Below are positions 20,618 through 30,380 of a DNA stretch of 64,000 bases, piece by piece. This stretch comes from a virus (Duplodnaviria; Caudoviricetes): IMG/VR virus record IMGVR_UViG_3300028283_000231. One strand, written 5' to 3'. Below the pieces are notes generated by a model. That model saw only the letters and a program-made list of their open reading frames with translations, made no database searches and had not been told where the DNA came from. The position numbers were made by a program, and so were the translations under genes. Position 1 is the first letter of the stretch. Every line of letters starts with the position of its first letter.

Positions 20618-20803
20618 ATGTTACATTGGGCATTCAAATATTTTACATTTTTTATTGACGCTTGTCTTTTGGGGATGGGGTTAGTTGTCCTAATCTTCGG
20701 AGCAAATGGTTACGCTAAACCATTAGGTATAATAGTAATAATCGCGTCAATCCTTATGATTTTATACGATATTAAATACGTTAAAGATAATAAAACTGAA
20801 TAA
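20618..20803 (+). CDS. Small two-TM membrane protein
   Basis: Two hydrophobic segments. Confidence 0.6.
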   Translation: MLHWAFKYFTFFIDACLLGMGLVVLIFGANGYAKPLGIIVIIASILMILYDIKYVKDNKTE

Positions 20804-20805
20804 CT

Positions 20806-20997
20806 ATGAACCAATTTTTAAAAGAAACATTCACCGCTATTGCCTGTTTCCCAGCTTTACTTTACGTATTATTTTCATTTGGAAACGGATCTTTTGATAT
20901 ATCAACATGGACTGAAGGAGCTAGAGGATCACTTGCTGCTTTTGGAGCACTTTTATCAGCCGTAATCACAATTATTCAGGGACTTAGATATTTTTAA
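20806..20997 (+). CDS. Small two-TM membrane protein
   Basis: Two hydrophobic segments separated by FDISTWTEGARG. Confidence 0.6.
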   Translation: MNQFLKETFTAIACFPALLYVLFSFGNGSFDISTWTEGARGSLAAFGALLSAVITIIQGLRYF

Positions 20998-21101
20998 TTT
21001 AACATTTTGTTAATCTTGAAACTTAAACTTCACCCCGTTTTCCTTAATATATATATATAATAGCAACCTTAGGCATTCTTTCTATAATCTTTTAAGCAAA
21101 A

Positions 21102-21126
21102 AAAATCCCAATTAAGTTGGGATTTT
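21102..21126. terminator. Hairpin terminator between convergent genes
   Basis: AAAATCCCAA-TTAAG-TTGGGATTTT. Confidence 0.75.
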
Positions 21127-21147
21127 CTGTTTAAAATAAGCCTTAAC

Positions 21148-21387
21148 TTATTTCTTCTTTCCTAATTTCTTCACAGGAAGCTTAGCAATTGAGTCAGCTT
21201 TCTTAATTGAGTCAGCTTTTGCAATTGAATCAGCTACTAATTGAGCGGCTTGAACTTTTGCGCAAGAATCAGCTACAAATGTTGAATCCTGAATTCTCTT
21301 AGCTTCAATTTCCTTAGCGGATGGACCACAAGATACAGCCAAAAATGTAACGGCTGCGATTACCAAAATACCAAATAATTTTTTCAT
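21148..21387 (-). CDS. Bacteroidota-style small lipoprotein with ADS repeats
   Basis: MKKLFGILVIAAVTFLAVSC lipobox; ADSIAKADSIKKADSIAK. Confidence 0.8.
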   Translation of the reverse strand: MKKLFGILVIAAVTFLAVSCGPSAKEIEAKRIQDSTFVADSCAKVQAAQLVADSIAKADSIKKADSIAKLPVKKLGKKK

Positions 21388-21537
21388 GTTTACTTTCTTT
21401 TATTTTTTAAAAATGTTATATTTCTTATCCCCCAATTTAATCAAAGTTTAAAAAAATTTTAACATTTTTTAACGATTTTATATATTCATTTAAAAAAGTC
21501 TATTTTTTCCAAATTGATTTTTTATATATAGAAAGGT

Positions 21538-22413
21538 ATGATAAATATAATAAAATATTCTTTATTTGAATCTAAGAAATATAAAAAGTATAACAATATG
21601 CTTAAGAATCTTGGTGTTATGGACGATAAAGGAGATATCAACCTTAAAGACATGACTGAGAAGATCAATCAGTTCCTTTCTAAAGACGGTAACAAGGATA
21701 AATTTATGAAAGATTACGACGATAAGATTTCTCCAGATGTTAAAGTGAAGAATGAAAAATTTAAAGCCATCGATTTAAAACCAAGTCAAACTGAAATATT
21801 CCTTGATCACGTTCTTTCCAGATTAGTTGTAAACGACGGTGATAGAAAACAAATACTTAAAGGTGGATTTAAAGATCACGATATTCTCATTAGCTCAGAC
21901 GGTCATATTATAGACGGACATCATAGATGGTTATGTGCCTTCATATTAAATCCAGAATGTGAATTAGATTGCACAGAAATAGAAATACCAATAGAATACG
22001 CTCTTCCTGTTATCAACGCCATAATAGAAGCTTCTGAAAAAGAAACAGATACTTTAAAAGATACTTATAAAATTAATATCTTTGACGCTATGGATTGGAA
22101 GAAGGAGAAGTTATTTAAGAAGATGAATTCGATTATTAAGAAGGCTATAAAGAGTGGAGTTGGTATAGGTGAAGAGAAGAAGAAATCTAATAAATATCCG
22201 AAAACAATTGAAGGTTTAGATAATATAAGTACAGACGTCACTAAACCTTTTTATAAGAAACTTAGAAAGAAATTAAAGTTACAGAATCATCCTCTTAAAC
22301 ACATAAGAGAGAATATGAAACAAATTCCGAAACCAAAGGAGTTATTTAGTGATAGAAAAGATATGCCACAATTAAAGAAGAAGGACGCTAAAAACTTTTA
22401 TGATACCTATTGA
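21538..22413 (+). CDS. ParB/sulfiredoxin-like domain protein
   Basis: LKPSQTEI...ILISSDGHIIDGHHRW; leader MINIIKYSLFES. Confidence 0.75.
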   Translation: MINIIKYSLFESKKYKKYNNMLKNLGVMDDKGDINLKDMTEKINQFLSKDGNKDKFMKDYDDKISPDVKVKNEKFKAIDLKPSQTEIFLDHVLSRLVVNDGDRKQILKGGFKDHDILISSDGHIIDGHHRWLCAFILNPECELDCTEIEIPIEYALPVINAIIEASEKETDTLKDTYKINIFDAMDWKKEKLFKKMNSIIKKAIKSGVGIGEEKKKSNKYPKTIEGLDNISTDVTKPFYKKLRKKLKLQNHPLKHIRENMKQIPKPKELFSDRKDMPQLKKKDAKNFYDTY

Positions 22414-22819
22414 AATTTTAAAGATTAAAGACGACCTAAGAAATGGTTATCATATTTTATGCCGTGTCCACATCAATGGTAAAGAATTTAGAATGCTTGT
22501 AGATACTGGTTCTTCTATGACTTTGTTTGATATGAAAAAACAAAAGGAAATAAGTCAGTACGAAGCAGAAAATAACGACCAACATATAGTAGCTGTTGGT
22601 AGTGGTAATATTAAAAGTAAATATATCGTTATAGATGAAATGAGAATAGGTAATGTAATCATAAGAGATTATAAAACTATGTTACTTAATTTAGAATTCA
22701 TTAACGAACATTTTAGAACTAATGGTAATCCAACGATTGATGGTATAATTGGCGGAGATATATTAGCTGATCATAAGGCTGTTATAGATTACGAAAAGCG
22801 TGAAATGAAGTTATCATAG
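22400..22819 (+). CDS. Retropepsin-like (clan AA) aspartyl protease
   Basis: MLVDTGSS catalytic motif and IDGIIGGDIL. Confidence 0.85.
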   Translation: MIPIEILKIKDDLRNGYHILCRVHINGKEFRMLVDTGSSMTLFDMKKQKEISQYEAENNDQHIVAVGSGNIKSKYIVIDEMRIGNVIIRDYKTMLLNLEFINEHFRTNGNPTIDGIIGGDILADHKAVIDYEKREMKLS

Positions 22820-24209
22820 ATTCGTTATATAATTTCCCCTTTTTGTACCATCTTACCTTACCAGCTTCTTCTTTTTCTTCTTTTTTTCTCGATAAATATC
22901 TCACATCACAAGGGTGATCGTTCCACTCGGGGTCGTCTAAAAATCTATAATGGACTGTTTCTGCGTCTCTTTGTTGTCTGGTTATCATAACCTCGGCACC
23001 AACTTTATCTTTGTAATTTTTTCCTTTATAAATTAGGATTTCACCAACTTTAAAAAAATCTCCTTTATCCTCGTTGATTTTATTTTCTTCCAACCAATCT
23101 TCTTCACCGTAAGGATCGTGATGTAAATGTAATTTATTTAATTCGTCTCTTTTTATTTTTAATAGATTCGGTCTATCTTTTACGTAGTTTTCAATATCTT
23201 TAAAATTATCAATAAATTCATCAACAGTTACAGTTACGTCATTATCTGCTGTTCTACTCTGGTAAATTCTTTTTCCATCGTTATCTATTCCTATACCAAC
23301 ATTATAATGTGGGCATAAATAACCTCTATAAGTTCCATCATGATACCAAGACGGAAACCATCTCTCAAGCTCTTCTCCGCCACCTCCCCAAACAAACCAA
23401 TTCTTTTTAAGGAAATTGATTAATTCGTGATATTTTTCTTTAGAATCTACTTTTACGTAAAGACTATCTATACTTAAATAACTTTCATTTATCTTACTTT
23501 CGTTTTCCCAGTCTTCTTCGCCATATGGATCTACGTCTTTAGTTTTGAGATATAGTTGTTTAAGTCTTCTTATTTCTTTTTTAGTTTTTCTAATTTTATC
23601 TACTTTTTTCAAATTCCCTCTTTCGAACCAAATACCATCTACTTGCCAATATCTATCATTATTTGGGTTCAGATTCACTTTAAATTGTGTTCTATTATTC
23701 CTAAAATCAGTGATAACTCCTACTCTACTATTATATCTATCTACGTATCCATGTATAATTTCAACATCATCACCAACATATAAATCTTTTTTACTTTCAT
23801 TGACTACACTTTCATATTCCCATTCTTCTTCACCGTATGGGTCCCAAGGTGATACAGGATCTGGTTTATCTTCGTAATATATTACATTTGTAACACCACT
23901 ACCTATATGTAATATAACATCATAATCATTATCAGCAACCATGTGAACTTTCTGATTTTCATCTAAATATATCTTAACAATCTTCCAATGTCCTGCTCCA
24001 TGTATTTCATTCCCACCATCTTTATTCTTACCTAAAACTGGGAAACTACACACCTTACCTATCAATCTCTTTTTAAGGTATTCAGTAAATCTTCCCCACA
24101 ATTCTTTACCGTCTCTTATTCTATCTATTCTTTGAATATCGTGTAAAATATTAAGAGGAACAATCTCCTTAATAATATATCCTTCGGGTGTGAATTTACT
24201 TATACGCAT
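22782..24209 (-). CDS. Four-module late protein punctuated by three DPYGEExW tags, one RWYKKGKL tag and (I/V/Y)NE sites
   Basis: DPYGEEEWEYESVVNES, DPYGEEDWENESKINES, DPYGEEDWLEENKINED, RWYKKGKLYNES. Confidence 0.75.
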   Translation of the reverse strand: MRISKFTPEGYIIKEIVPLNILHDIQRIDRIRDGKELWGRFTEYLKKRLIGKVCSFPVLGKNKDGGNEIHGAGHWKIVKIYLDENQKVHMVADNDYDVILHIGSGVTNVIYYEDKPDPVSPWDPYGEEEWEYESVVNESKKDLYVGDDVEIIHGYVDRYNSRVGVITDFRNNRTQFKVNLNPNNDRYWQVDGIWFERGNLKKVDKIRKTKKEIRRLKQLYLKTKDVDPYGEEDWENESKINESYLSIDSLYVKVDSKEKYHELINFLKKNWFVWGGGGEELERWFPSWYHDGTYRGYLCPHYNVGIGIDNDGKRIYQSRTADNDVTVTVDEFIDNFKDIENYVKDRPNLLKIKRDELNKLHLHHDPYGEEDWLEENKINEDKGDFFKVGEILIYKGKNYKDKVGAEVMITRQQRDAETVHYRFLDDPEWNDHPCDVRYLSRKKEEKEEAGKVRWYKKGKLYNESMITSFHAFRNL

Positions 24210-24295
24210 AACTCGACTATATATTAAAAATTAAAAACAATTTACTCGATATTGATTATATATGATAACAAACCTTAAAAAATAATAGCCTATGA

Positions 24296-24970
24296 ATGAT
24301 CAAAACAATTGCCCACTTCGCGGACATACACGTTTATAAGTCTTTAGATAGACACGATGAATACAGAAAAGTCTTACAACAAGTTTACAAGAAATTAGAA
24401 GAACAAAAACCCGATAGAATAATAGTCGCTGGTGATACATATAGTGATTATATCGACCTCGAAGGCGAAGCTCTCATTCTTATAGGTGAAATACTTAATC
24501 GCTTCGCTAAAATTGCTCCCGTTATTATTACACGAGGCAACCACGAAATTAGAAAGAAAAATAGAAGTAGAATAGATACAGTTAAAACTGTTACAGACCT
24601 CCTCCAAAACCCAAAAGTTACATATTATAACCAATCTGGTTTCTACCCAGACGATAACGTCATGTGGGTGGTATGGGACCACGTTGATCATAGATATAAC
24701 AACATTAACCCTTGGAAAAATATAACACATTCAAGAGATAAGAAACTTACTTATATAGATTTATACCACGATCCAATAGATGGTTGTGTATATCATAACG
24801 GTTACAATCCAGGTAATAGAACCTTTCCTAGTCCGTCAGATTTTAAAGGAGAATTTGGTTTCTTCGGTGATATTCATTTAAGACAATATTTTAATTTTAA
24901 AGAGGTTGAATTAGAAATAGATGAAGAAGATCTTGATAAATATCTAAAAGATGGATGGAAAATAGTTTAA
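24296..24970 (+). CDS. sbcD: Mre11/SbcD (T4 gp47-like) nuclease, N-terminal fragment
   Basis: All five phosphoesterase motifs: ADIH, GDTYSD, GNHE, YHDP, GDIH; ends before the capping domain. Confidence 0.9.
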   Translation: MIKTIAHFADIHVYKSLDRHDEYRKVLQQVYKKLEEQKPDRIIVAGDTYSDYIDLEGEALILIGEILNRFAKIAPVIITRGNHEIRKKNRSRIDTVKTVTDLLQNPKVTYYNQSGFYPDDNVMWVVWDHVDHRYNNINPWKNITHSRDKKLTYIDLYHDPIDGCVYHNGYNPGNRTFPSPSDFKGEFGFFGDIHLRQYFNFKEVELEIDEEDLDKYLKDGWKIV

Positions 24971-24981
24971 TTTCCCCTGTG

Positions 24982-25034
24982 TTTTTGTTGTTTTAGACAT
25001 TTAGATTTTTATATATACAATAAAACAACAAAAA
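24982..25034 (+). promoter_or_regulatory. 14-bp hairpin over the endonuclease translation-initiation region, with a late promoter in its loop
   Basis: TTTTTGTTGTTTTA (24982-24995) pairs perfectly with TAAAACAACAAAAA (25021-25034); TTTTTATATATAC in the loop; ATG at 25039. Confidence 0.75.
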
Positions 25035-25038
25035 TTAT

Positions 25039-25926
25039 ATGAAATGTTTAATTTGTGGAAAAGAACATAACAATAAGAAGTACTGTTCAGAACAATGTCA
25101 ATATGAAGCTTATAGAGTTAAGAAAGTGGAAAGAGTTAATATAAAGTGTTTAAATTGTGGCGAAGAATTTGAAATATTGAAAACTAAACAAAAAAAATAT
25201 TGTAGTAGAAAATGTGTAGATGAACATAAAAAGATAACATATTTAGGTGAAAATAACCCTATGTTCAATTATGATGTATCAGATGACACTAGAAAAAAAC
25301 ATTCTGAAGCGTCAAAAATGATGTGGAGAAATCAAGATGTGTCAGATAGAATAAAAAAAAGAATGAAAGAACATAATGAAAATAGTGAATATCCAAATGG
25401 ATGGTCTAATGAATCAAGGGAAAGAAGAATTAAAACTACTATCGAAAAATTTGGAGTAGTTCACAACTTCATGAACGAAGGAGTTAGAGATCAAGCGAAT
25501 AAAACATGTATGGAAAGATATGGGAAAATGTCATACGAACTGATGTTGGATGGATTACATAAAACTAATATAACATCAATAGAAAAAATATTTGAAAATT
25601 TCTTAATAATTAATGATATAAAATATGAAAAACAATTTAGAATATATTTTAAAAATGAAAAAAGTGAATTGAAATTCAGATCATATGATTTTTATTTAAT
25701 AGACAAAAAAACAATTGTTGAAATAGATGGTGATTATTGGCACGGTAATCCAATGTTTTTTAAGAAATTAAACGAAACTCAACTGAAAAATAAAGCCAAT
25801 GATATATTTAAAGATGAATTAGTTATAATTAAAAATTTAAATATCATAAGGTTTTGGGAAGTTGATATACATAATAACAACTACGAGCAAAAGATATTAA
25901 GTTTATATGGCAAAAATAAAGATTAA
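25039..25926 (+). CDS. Free-standing homing endonuclease (two Zn-binding repeats, NUMOD3-like segment, Vsr/DUF559-like nuclease)
   Basis: CLICG...YCSEQC, CLNCG...YCSRKC; YDFYLIDKKTIVEIDGDYWHGNP; IIRFWE. Confidence 0.85.
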   Translation: MKCLICGKEHNNKKYCSEQCQYEAYRVKKVERVNIKCLNCGEEFEILKTKQKKYCSRKCVDEHKKITYLGENNPMFNYDVSDDTRKKHSEASKMMWRNQDVSDRIKKRMKEHNENSEYPNGWSNESRERRIKTTIEKFGVVHNFMNEGVRDQANKTCMERYGKMSYELMLDGLHKTNITSIEKIFENFLIINDIKYEKQFRIYFKNEKSELKFRSYDFYLIDKKTIVEIDGDYWHGNPMFFKKLNETQLKNKANDIFKDELVIIKNLNIIRFWEVDIHNNNYEQKILSLYGKNKD

Positions 25927-28900
25927 GAAAAAAATCCCCAGCGCTGGATTCGCATCGTCGCTTATTCAACAGAACTTTGGTGAAGATCCATTCGGACATG
26001 GTTATCTTCTATGGAATATAGAAGAAGGAACGGTTCAAGATATTAACATTGATAACGAACATAGATTCATTAAATTTGAGATCAGTCCGAATACAGATTA
26101 CGATAAATTACATTTAATTTCTAAATACGTTGGTAAATACAACAAATTTAGAGTTGAATGGAACGAACACGCGGCTTTCATTACAAACGAAAATGAAACG
26201 AAAATAAAAAAATATCTTAAAGAAAAATACGGCGCAGAAGATATTGAAATTAAACCAAATAGAATTTATACAGATATTAAAGACGGTAAAATGCTGTCTG
26301 AAATTATTGATATAAATGATAAAGACGTACAACAAGGTATTATAAAACAATTCCTTAAAGAAAATAAATTTAAAGATGATTTTGTCAATCAGGTAATAGA
26401 AATAGATAACGTTATAAATGATAGATTACAATTAAGTGATACTAGAAATATTATTTGGAACATTGATAAGTTTTGGTTTAGTAATTTCAAATCCTACGGT
26501 GACGATAATATAATTGAATGGGATAACATAAATGGTGTTATTCAAATTGGCGGTGAGAACCAACAAGGTAAAACTACCATCATTGATGCGATATGTTTTA
26601 TACTTTACGGTACAACTATATCTACACAGAAAACAGAAAAGAACGGTAATAATAGATATATCAACAAAAATAGAAATAAGAATGCTTGTGACGGTGGTGC
26701 CGTCATAGATGTTAACGGTGAAAAGTACATAATGTACAGAAAAGTAGAAAGAGAATTTAAGAAGGGAAGAGAGATTAAATCTGTACCTATGACTCTTGAT
26801 TACTATAAGGGAACTGAAATGTCTGACGAAAATAAATTAACAGGTGAAAGAAAAGCGTCTACACAAAAATTACTGGACGAGGTACTTGGTAATTTTGATG
26901 ATTTTGTAAGATTGGCATTAACAAATGCTGATAACTTAAACTCTCTTCTTTCAATGGATAGAAGTGTTTTCATTGATTCTATCATAAAGGACGCTGGTTA
27001 CGATATATTTGAAAAGAAATTATCTGAATTTAAAGAATATAAAAAGGAATTAAATCTTGAGAAAATAAATGTTAACCAGATTGAATTACAAAACGAAATC
27101 AAAAAAATATCAGATGATTTAAAAGATAAAGAAGATTTTTTATCTGATACTAATATTGATATAGAAGATATAGATAAACAAATAGTAGATAATGTTAATG
27201 AAAAGGAAGACTGTTTAAGAAGATTACACAAGATGGACGAAACAGTAATGAATATTAATGTGAACGACGTTAAAACACAAATAAGAGTATCTAAAACAGA
27301 AAAGGAAGAGATAAGAAAAGAAATTGACGAATTGGAAAAGGACATAACTCTTTTACCAGAAGAATTCGATTATGATAACTTTGAAAAATTAACAGGCCAA
27401 CACGAAAAATATGTTACAGAGAAGAATAAAAGAGATATCGAACTATTACAGTTGAAGAATGTTTTTAAACAGAACGAAGAGAAAATTCTCAACGTTGATA
27501 AGGATATTAACATTGAAAAAACAAAGTATGTTGATTATTTAAGGAATAATATTGCTGGTTTGAGAATTGAATTAAGGGAAACTATTAACGAGATAAATAA
27601 TAATTCCAACGTTAAAAGAAATGAGTTAGAAAATCAAAAGAATAAATATAGAAATGAATTAAATCTTCTTAAGCAAAATGGTATTGACGAAAAACAAAAA
27701 ATCGTTGATTATACAAACATGCTTAATGGTGATAATCAAATCTGTGTTACCTGTAATCAACCTATTGTTACAAAGGACGAAGAACATATGAACGGACTTA
27801 TAACAGATAGTAAAAAGAAAATAGAAGATATTACTAAAACTGGTAAACAGAAACTTGATTTCTTAAATGAATGCAATACAAAATTAGAAGCCTTATCTAC
27901 TCTTTCAGATAAATTAATTGATGAAAAAACTATCGAATTTACAGATAAAATAAAGGAGATTCAAAACAAAGTAGATAACTTCAACATCGCCTATATACAA
28001 GATCGAATTGAAGAAGTGATGAAAAATAAAGAGAAAGCAGAACTCGAAAACGTTTCTTACGATACAAAAATAGAAGAGAGAAAGAAATACGTTTCTAAAC
28101 TAGACACAGAAATTAAAAGACTATCTCTCACTATAACCAGTCTTAAAGTAGACAAGGCTCTCTTCGAAAAATGTAGAACTTTAACTCATAAGAGAGATCT
28201 ATTAACTTCACAATATAAAGACGCTCAAAGATCTTTCGATGATAACACTAAATTATTAAATGAATATCTTAAAAACGAAGCTCTTATAACTGAGAACGAA
28301 CGCATCAACACCTCACTAAAATCTATTAAAGAACAGATTGATACGCTCACTTCTAAGAGGAGCGAACTTTTAGATGATAAACTATCTTATTCTAATGAGA
28401 TCACTCTGTCTAAGAAGGTTATAGTAGATTTAAAGGATAAATTAGAGCGTTATATTGAGCAGGAAAAGAGAGAAGAACTTCATAACGTTTATTTAAAATT
28501 AATGCACAGAACAGGTCTTCCTACTTATCTTTTAACAAAGAATATTGATATATTGAACGAAGAGTTGAACTCCTTGTTAACAAACATTAATTTCACTTTA
28601 TTCTTTGACGAGGATCTGAATTTGAAGTTACAACACGATGGGTTAGATGATATTATAAATGTTATTGAAACATCTGGTATGGAAAGAACATTTAGTGCTA
28701 TTATTTTGAAGATGGTTTTAAGAATTATAAACTTTAAGAGTAAACCTAACTTTATGTTTTTAGACGAGGTTATCAATAGACTTGTGAATAAGTCAGTAGA
28801 TAAGTTTATGGAATTGCTTGAGGTATTGAAAAATAAAATTGATAAATTAATAGTCATCGAACACGATAATGAAATAGCTAGTGATATGATTATCAATGTA

Positions 28901-28942
28901 GTTAAGAGTGAAAATGGTATAAGTAGTTTTGAAATAATATAG
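25907..28942 (+). CDS. sbcC: Rad50/SbcC (gp46-like) ATPase carrying the C-terminal part of the Mre11/SbcD nuclease at its N-terminus
   Basis: N-terminal FASSLIQQNFGE...HGYLLWN; Walker A GENQQGKTT; coiled coil with CVTC zinc hook; TSGMER, MFLDEV, VIEHD. Confidence 0.92.
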   Translation: MAKIKIKKKIPSAGFASSLIQQNFGEDPFGHGYLLWNIEEGTVQDINIDNEHRFIKFEISPNTDYDKLHLISKYVGKYNKFRVEWNEHAAFITNENETKIKKYLKEKYGAEDIEIKPNRIYTDIKDGKMLSEIIDINDKDVQQGIIKQFLKENKFKDDFVNQVIEIDNVINDRLQLSDTRNIIWNIDKFWFSNFKSYGDDNIIEWDNINGVIQIGGENQQGKTTIIDAICFILYGTTISTQKTEKNGNNRYINKNRNKNACDGGAVIDVNGEKYIMYRKVEREFKKGREIKSVPMTLDYYKGTEMSDENKLTGERKASTQKLLDEVLGNFDDFVRLALTNADNLNSLLSMDRSVFIDSIIKDAGYDIFEKKLSEFKEYKKELNLEKINVNQIELQNEIKKISDDLKDKEDFLSDTNIDIEDIDKQIVDNVNEKEDCLRRLHKMDETVMNINVNDVKTQIRVSKTEKEEIRKEIDELEKDITLLPEEFDYDNFEKLTGQHEKYVTEKNKRDIELLQLKNVFKQNEEKILNVDKDINIEKTKYVDYLRNNIAGLRIELRETINEINNNSNVKRNELENQKNKYRNELNLLKQNGIDEKQKIVDYTNMLNGDNQICVTCNQPIVTKDEEHMNGLITDSKKKIEDITKTGKQKLDFLNECNTKLEALSTLSDKLIDEKTIEFTDKIKEIQNKVDNFNIAYIQDRIEEVMKNKEKAELENVSYDTKIEERKKYVSKLDTEIKRLSLTITSLKVDKALFEKCRTLTHKRDLLTSQYKDAQRSFDDNTKLLNEYLKNEALITENERINTSLKSIKEQIDTLTSKRSELLDDKLSYSNEITLSKKVIVDLKDKLERYIEQEKREELHNVYLKLMHRTGLPTYLLTKNIDILNEELNSLLTNINFTLFFDEDLNLKLQHDGLDDIINVIETSGMERTFSAIILKMVLRIINFKSKPNFMFLDEVINRLVNKSVDKFMELLEVLKNKIDKLIVIEHDNEIASDMIINVVKSENGISSFEII

Positions 28943-28948
28943 AATATT

Positions 28949-29149
28949 ATGTTAAACATAGATAAATTAACTAGGGATGAACTACAAAAAGAATTTTTTG
29001 AATTTGAAGGGGATCACCCAGGAAATTGGGAGAAATGGATCAAATGTTTATTAAGTAAGGAGTATTTCAAGGATAGTAGTTTTTATAATTATCTTCTTAA
29101 TAAGGAAAGAACAGAATTAATTGATAAAACATTAAATGATAATAACTGA
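28949..29149 (+). CDS. Small protein with C-terminal R-x-x-LID tag (array member 1)
   Basis: ...KERTELIDKTLND. Confidence 0.7.
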   Translation: MLNIDKLTRDELQKEFFEFEGDHPGNWEKWIKCLLSKEYFKDSSFYNYLLNKERTELIDKTLNDNN

Positions 29150-29447
29150 TACATACGAAGATAAAGCTGGATATAGCGTGACAATTGGAGATATACAACA
29201 ATGTTGTCCTAAATGTGGGAAACACGAAATGTTTCATCTCATTTGTAAAGGTAAGGATGATAGAGGATTTAGAAATGGTATGTCCTTTATAAAATGTCAA
29301 GAATGTAACTGGAGAGGACTTAGTAAGTATTTAGTAGATCCTTATGAATTTAAAGTTAAAAAGAGAACAGAATTAATCGATAGGATGATTTATGAAGGGA
29401 AAATGGAAAAAAATATGGAACGACGACTTACCAGGATTTCACGATAG
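29136..29447 (+). CDS. Zn-ribbon protein with R-x-x-LID tag (member 2)
   Basis: CPKC...CQEC; KKRTELIDRMIYE. Confidence 0.75.
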   Translation: MIITDTYEDKAGYSVTIGDIQQCCPKCGKHEMFHLICKGKDDRGFRNGMSFIKCQECNWRGLSKYLVDPYEFKVKKRTELIDRMIYEGKMEKNMERRLTRISR

Positions 29448-29661
29448 ATTTCACTGTCCAGAATGTTTTGGTTTTGAATTATTTATAGGAAAAGATCACG
29501 TTCAATATTATCATTATCAACAACCAACAGTAGTAAATAATACTCCATCTAGAATGAAATGTAAATGTGGATGGACAGGATTATCGACAGAGTTATTAGA
29601 CAAAGATGAAATGAAGAACACTAAAAGGGTAAAATTAATTGATGAAATGTGCAAAGAATAG
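29392..29661 (+). CDS. Zn-ribbon protein with tag (member 3)
   Basis: CPEC...CKCG; TKRVKLIDEMC. Confidence 0.75.
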   Translation: MKGKWKKIWNDDLPGFHDRFHCPECFGFELFIGKDHVQYYHYQQPTVVNNTPSRMKCKCGWTGLSTELLDKDEMKNTKRVKLIDEMCKE

Positions 29662-29891
29662 AAACTATATACAAAGGGGAAGAATTAATAATTGAAGTAT
29701 CTGATGGTGCAAGATCTATTGGTAGCGGTTCAAATTTTGGAATAAACGGAGTTCAAATAAATTTTCATAAAGGCATCTTTGACGAAGATACAAATTCTTT
29801 TGTTGAAGATATTTTATGCGAAAGAATCAATATCAATAGAAACAAATTAATTGACGATATACTATATGGGAAGAAAGAAACTAAAATTTAA
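29649..29891 (+). CDS. Small protein with tag (member 4)
   Basis: INRNKLIDDILY. Confidence 0.65.
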   Translation: MQRIETIYKGEELIIEVSDGARSIGSGSNFGINGVQINFHKGIFDEDTNSFVEDILCERININRNKLIDDILYGKKETKI

Positions 29892-30192
29892 AACTAAACA
29901 TAGATGTCCCAAAAGCACTTGGGGTGGTTATATAGAAGGAAGATTGTTCGATTACGATTATACTAAATGGCCTGGTTGGATGCCTGATTATTATAAACTA
30001 TATCTCGATATGGAAGAAATAGAAGAACTAGGCAAAAAAGAAGATATAGACGAATTCTCATTGGAAATGGCTAAATTAATCAGAAACAAAGAAGAGATAG
30101 ATTTCCCAGTAGCCGTAAACTTTACAGAAGACGAATTCAAAAACTTTAGAAGAATGGTCCTAATGGATAATATGCTCAATTGTCAGAAATGA
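29851..30192 (+). CDS. Small protein with tag (member 5); probable start at MGRKK
   Basis: FRRMVLMDNMLN. Confidence 0.65.
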   Translation: MTIYYMGRKKLKFKTKHRCPKSTWGGYIEGRLFDYDYTKWPGWMPDYYKLYLDMEEIEELGKKEDIDEFSLEMAKLIRNKEEIDFPVAVNFTEDEFKNFRRMVLMDNMLNCQK

Positions 30193-30238
30193 TAAAAATG
30201 ACAATATTTATATTAATATATACAAATAAAAAAGAGTT

Positions 30239-30370
30239 ATGAATTTAATAATAGATAAAAACAGAGTATTTTACCATAGTTCTATTAGTAGAGCTAGATG
30301 TGGTAAATGGGTACATGTAAGTAATAGTGATCCAAAACTAAAGAATCAAAAGGAATCAGGAATCTTATAG
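30239..30370 (+). CDS. Small basic protein (43 aa, not in track) behind a TATATA promoter
   Basis: MNLIIDKNRVFYHSSISRARCGKWVHVSNSDPKLKNQKESGIL. Confidence 0.45.
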   Translation: MNLIIDKNRVFYHSSISRARCGKWVHVSNSDPKLKNQKESGIL

Positions 30371-30380
30371 TAGTGGTATT

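Noticed and set aside
24971-25926. Group I intron or intein explaining the split sbcD
   Set aside because: Fragment 1 has a clean stop and fragment 2 its own ATG. The non-coding gap is only 68 nt with no P7-type core, and there are no intein terminal residues.
30239-30370. Suspected frameshift in the small central ORF
   Set aside because: Recounting the A-run (five A) shows an intact 43-codon frame.
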